Shown here piece after piece: positions 60,285 through 64,000 of a stretch of DNA of 64,000 bases. Both the position numbers and the translations under genes were made by a program. A model generated the notes under the pieces. That model did no database searches. It was not told the DNA's origin and saw nothing but the letters and a program-made list of their open reading frames with translations. Positions within the stretch are counted from its first letter, which is position 1; every line of letters begins with the position of its first letter. Origin of the DNA: a bacterium (lineage in GTDB: Bacteria; Acidobacteriota; Aminicenantia; Aminicenantales; Aminicenantaceae). The stretch lies in the NCBI GenBank assembly GCA_018335295.1, contig JAGXKI010000002.1, positions 2,643-66,642 of the forward strand, given 5' to 3'.

Positions 60285-61022
60285 GTGGCCATGAATAATA
60301 AAGAAGATCCCCCTGATAAGTCTTACGAAAATCTTCAATTTCTTCATTCTCCAGAAGCCCGAACCATCCGGATCCTCAGCGAATACATTGAGCCTCTCTC
60401 CCGGTTGAGAAAGAACAAAGTCAACAATACGGTGCTCTTTTTCGGCTCTTCTCAGGTGAACCCGAATGATAAAAATTCTCCTTTAATCAAATATTATTGG
60501 GAAGCTGAGGAACTCGCTTACCAATTGGCCCGATGGGCTATTCAACTGAAACCCAAAGGAAAAAATTTTGTTATCTGTACAGGGGGAGGGCCTGGTTTAA
60601 TGGAAGCCGCTAACCGGGGAGCTTCGCGAGCTGGAGGAAAATCCATGGGGATGAATATCTCTCTTCCTCATGAACAAAAACCCAACCCTTATATATCTCC
60701 GGAATTAAGCTTCGTCTTCCATTATTTTTTCATGAGAAAATTCTGGCTGGCTTATAAAGCCAAAGCCATAATTGCTTTCCCTGGAGGATTCGGCACCCTG
60801 GATGAAGTTCTGGAAATACTGACTCTCAGACAGACCCATAAGTTCCAGGAACCTGTGATGATTATTCTTTATGGAAAAGAATTCTGGGAAAAGGTTTTGA
60901 ATTTCAACTCTTTACTGAAATACGGCTGCATCGATGAACAAGATAAAAATCTTTTCCATTACTGCTCCAATCCTCAAGAAACTTTTTCTCTTCTCAAGAA
61001 AAACTTGACTCGATTTCTGTGA
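60285..61022 (+). CDS. LOG family protein (TIGR00730)
   Basis: TGGGPGLMEAANRGA, LPHEQ.PNPY, YFFMRK, PGGFGTLDE. Confidence 0.93.
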   Translation: MAMNNKEDPPDKSYENLQFLHSPEARTIRILSEYIEPLSRLRKNKVNNTVLFFGSSQVNPNDKNSPLIKYYWEAEELAYQLARWAIQLKPKGKNFVICTGGGPGLMEAANRGASRAGGKSMGMNISLPHEQKPNPYISPELSFVFHYFFMRKFWLAYKAKAIIAFPGGFGTLDEVLEILTLRQTHKFQEPVMIILYGKEFWEKVLNFNSLLKYGCIDEQDKNLFHYCSNPQETFSLLKKNLTRFL

Positions 61023-61031
61023 GAGCTGCTT

Positions 61032-61685
61032 TTGGAGCCTGTGATGAGGAAAAAAAACCTTAATATAAAGCCCCTCTTATGCCTAGGAGGGTTGATTTTT
61101 ATTCTTTCTTCCTGTGCTTCTCTCCCTCCGAGAGGTTCTCCCAAAACTCAAACCGGCCTGGCTTCCTGGTATGGAGCTCCCTTTCATGGAAAAACCACTT
61201 CCAGTAAGGAAATATACAACATGTATGACCTCACAGCCGCCCATCGAACTCTTCCCTTTGGAACTATGGTTATGGTAACAAACCTGAAAAATGGAAAGTC
61301 AGTTTCTGTTCGAATTAATGACCGCGGTCCGTTTGTCAAAGGACGAGTCATTGACCTTTCTTACGCCGCAGCTCGAATACTGAACATGGTTGGCCCCGGT
61401 GTGGTCCCGGTGAAAGTGGAAGTCCTCGGAAACATACAGTCGCATCCATCTACCCCAAAATACTGTGTCCAGGTTGGAGCCTTTATTTATAAAAAAAATG
61501 CTCTAAGCTTGCGGAAAAAAATCCGTAAGTATTTCAACGATGTATACATGACGGTGTATAAAACTCCTCAGGAGAAATATTACAGAGTTCGAATCAAAGC
61601 CTCAACCAAGAAAAGAGCTCAACATATTGCCCGCGAACTTACTCTCCACGGATACACAGCTCTGGTGTTAGAAGAACGGAATTAA
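61032..61685 (+). CDS. rlpA: Septal ring lytic transglycosylase RlpA with SPOR domain
   Basis: Lipobox [36 protein letters not shown]; C-terminal VQVGAF. Confidence 0.93.
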   Translation: MEPVMRKKNLNIKPLLCLGGLIFILSSCASLPPRGSPKTQTGLASWYGAPFHGKTTSSKEIYNMYDLTAAHRTLPFGTMVMVTNLKNGKSVSVRINDRGPFVKGRVIDLSYAAARILNMVGPGVVPVKVEVLGNIQSHPSTPKYCVQVGAFIYKKNALSLRKKIRKYFNDVYMTVYKTPQEKYYRVRIKASTKKRAQHIARELTLHGYTALVLEERN

Positions 61686-61729
61686 AACCAAAATTTTTGT
61701 AAATAGTATTATTTGACGTTCCTAGACTC

Positions 61730-62422
61730 ATGAGCGAAGGATTAAAAAAAATTTACCCCCATCTTGCTCCCACCTACGAACTCATCAACCATCTTTTAAC
61801 TTTAGGTCTGGACATAAGATGGCGCAAAAAAGCGGTCCAGGAAGCGGCCCGGACAAAAGGTCACCTCTGGCTGGATATGTGTTCAGGAACAGGAGAAATG
61901 GCCCAACTCTTATCTCAAAAAGCTCCCAAGGGAGTTTCCATTATAAGTTCAGATTTTTGTCTCCCCATGCTCCAGAGAGCTTTTCATAAAAAATACAGTT
62001 CTCTGGTTTACTTCGCTCTTTCTCAAGCCAATCAGCTCCCCTTTCCAGACAATTCTTTAGACCTGATTACCATCTCTTTTGCGACGCGGAATCTCTCTCC
62101 CAGCCGAACTCTTTTGAATGCTCATTTCCAGGAAATCTACCGGATTCTTAAACCCGGAGGCCGGCTTGTGAATTTAGAGACAAGTCAACCCTCTTCTTGG
62201 TCTATCCGCAGGCTCTTTCATTTCTACATCCGATTGACTGTAATCCCCATTGGCACCTTTCTCTCCGGCTCCAAACCCGGCTATAAATACCTTTCTTCTT
62301 CCATTCCCCGGTTTTATTCTCCAGATGAATTCCAGGCTGTTCTCTATCAACAAGGTTTCAAACGGGTGAAATACAAATCCTTCTTTTGGGGAACCACCGC
62401 CCTTCACATAGCTGAGAAATGA
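61730..62422 (+). CDS. UbiE/MenG-family methyltransferase
   Basis: Y...NHLLTLG.D..WR, LDMCSGTG, LPF.DNS.D, RN, LKPGG. Confidence 0.88.
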   Translation: MSEGLKKIYPHLAPTYELINHLLTLGLDIRWRKKAVQEAARTKGHLWLDMCSGTGEMAQLLSQKAPKGVSIISSDFCLPMLQRAFHKKYSSLVYFALSQANQLPFPDNSLDLITISFATRNLSPSRTLLNAHFQEIYRILKPGGRLVNLETSQPSSWSIRRLFHFYIRLTVIPIGTFLSGSKPGYKYLSSSIPRFYSPDEFQAVLYQQGFKRVKYKSFFWGTTALHIAEK

Positions 62423-62586
62423 TTGTAGAGAGCTCCCCGATTTTGTATCATATAAACCCTCGATTTCGTTCTGGTTATCGAGAAAGTAAAAACAATATCC
62501 TAGGCTCCCTCGGGGGCAAAAGGACAAGAAGGCTGAGGAATCCTCATAAATAGGGAGAAAATCTTTTAAAAACAAAGGAGAGTGCA

Positions 62587-63396
62587 ATGAAAAAAGCTTG
62601 GGAAGACATCATCGAAATGCCCGTCAAAGGAAGAACGGAAAAACCCAGGAATTCAGGTGTAACCATGGTAATCGATAAAGGCATGGGATTCAACCGACTT
62701 CAAGACCTCATCCAAAGCGCTGGAGATTACATTGATATCATCAAATTGACCTTTGGGACTTCAGCTTTCCATAATGAAGATTTTTTAAAAGAGAAAAACA
62801 AACTCATCACCTCTTCCTATATAGATGTGATGCCCGGAGGCACCTTTTTGGAAGTGGCGGTATGGCAAAAAAGCCTGGAGAAATACCTGGATAGAGCCCA
62901 AGAATTAGGTTTCTCTGCCATTGAAATATCTGACGGGACCATAGAGATGGGGGCACCGGTCCGGAAGAAAATAATAAAAAAATCTTTGGATAGGGAGTTC
63001 AAAGTCATCACCGAAGTAGGAAAAAAAGACCCTCAAGAAGCCCTCCCTTTTGATGTGGTTCATAATCTGGTTAAAGAAGACCGGGAAACTGGGGCTTTTA
63101 AGGTCATCGTGGAAGCTAGGGAAGCTGGGAAAGGTGTGGGAATTTATGACAAAGAGGGAAAAGTTAAAGATGATGAGATCGAAAACATCATAGCTGGAAT
63201 CAAGGATGTCAATGACTTGATTTGGGAAGCTCCCATCAAGAATCAGCAGCAAACCCTCATCATGAGGTGGGGACCTAATGTGAACCTGGGAAACATACCC
63301 CCTGATGATATTCTCGCTTTAGAAGCCCTCAGACAAGGAGTTCGAGGGGACACCCTCAAAAAGGCCTATTTAGCTGACAAAGAATGGAACAAGTAG
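62587..63396 (+). CDS. comA: Phosphosulfolactate synthase (ComA family)
   Basis: KPR..GVTMVIDKG, DIIKL.FGT, PGGT.LE, IEISDG, TEVGKK, VEARE.G, WEAP, NVNLGNI, LEALR.G.RGDT. Confidence 0.93.
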   Translation: MKKAWEDIIEMPVKGRTEKPRNSGVTMVIDKGMGFNRLQDLIQSAGDYIDIIKLTFGTSAFHNEDFLKEKNKLITSSYIDVMPGGTFLEVAVWQKSLEKYLDRAQELGFSAIEISDGTIEMGAPVRKKIIKKSLDREFKVITEVGKKDPQEALPFDVVHNLVKEDRETGAFKVIVEAREAGKGVGIYDKEGKVKDDEIENIIAGIKDVNDLIWEAPIKNQQQTLIMRWGPNVNLGNIPPDDILALEALRQGVRGDTLKKAYLADKEWNK

Positions 63397-63405
63397 AAAG
63401 AGCTC

Positions 63406-64000
63406 TTATTGACTTTTCTTTTCGAGAAGCAGTATGGTGACCGTGTGCTCACCAGAAGGAACCTTGAATTTTTTTCTGTTTCCTTTAAAAATCTCTTGGG
63501 CTTGTCCATCTATAAAAATTTGATATTTTCCCTTAGTTAAAAACCAAACTTTAACCTTCCGGGATTCCAGAGCTTTCATTTCAAATGAAACTTCTTCCTC
63601 AGAATAAAGGAAATGGCGGAATACCGCCGCTCCGTTGCATTTAAGGATAAGGTCTCCCTCTTCTTTGAGTTTAATTTTCGATGAAGAGACCATGACCTCA
63701 TAATGCCGGCCTTGGATGGAAACCCGGGAAAGCTTTCCTTTATCACTGGGACTGATCCTCCCGAACCGGAATCCTTCCCAAGGAGTGAAATCCAAATACT
63801 CCTCAACTCCCATAAGAGATAAAAGAGGCCCCCAGCTCTGATATCTCTGTCCCCCTGCTTCACCGGTTTGGGCATTGAAATTTTCGGGACAAATCTGGAA
63901 ATTTTTCCAAGTCCTGAGGAACAAAGATGTGCTTTTTTTGGCAAACTCGGAGGCCACTCCATCGAAATGGTAAGCCTTGAGCCCTTCATAAACCATATAG
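63406..64000 (-). CDS. Six-hairpin glycosidase (GH63/trehalase-like), C-terminal part, truncated by window edge
   Basis: VYEGL..Y, ENFNA.TG.G.....SWG.L motifs. Confidence 0.65.
   Translation of the reverse strand, partial: YMVYEGLKAYHFDGVASEFAKKSTSLFLRTWKNFQICPENFNAQTGEAGGQRYQSWGPLLSLMGVEEYLDFTPWEGFRFGRISPSDKGKLSRVSIQGRHYEVMVSSSKIKLKEEGDLILKCNGAAVFRHFLYSEEEVSFEMKALESRKVKVWFLTKGKYQIFIDGQAQEIFKGNRKKFKVPSGEHTVTILLLEKKSQ

Overview
A 64-kb bacterial chromosome segment, most consistent with an anaerobic amino-acid/peptide fermenter such as Ca. Aminicenantes/Acidobacteriota (taxonomy inferred from gene content only). It holds mostly housekeeping genes: alaS, cysS, ilvE, folK, pilT, rsmE, two complete DnaK/DnaJ heat-shock loci (HrcA-type and HspR-type), split saccharopine-pathway genes, split purO/purH, peptidases, cstA, comA and tRNA-Asn. 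The most striking structure is at 7.2-9.8 kb. A clear XerCD dif site (8020-8047) lies 20 bp from the stop codon of a parA-parB operon, which is preceded by a perfect non-canonical 16-bp parS-like palindrome (TGTCGGCATGCCGACA); a second near-copy lies at 44375. Gene orientation and visible C/G skew point to the replication terminus rather than oriC, so this may be a terminus-located ParABS system. Small accessory patches include higBA with IS scars and a chimeric ORF left of dif, and a lipoprotein islet with an internally deleted IS beside tRNA-Asn.
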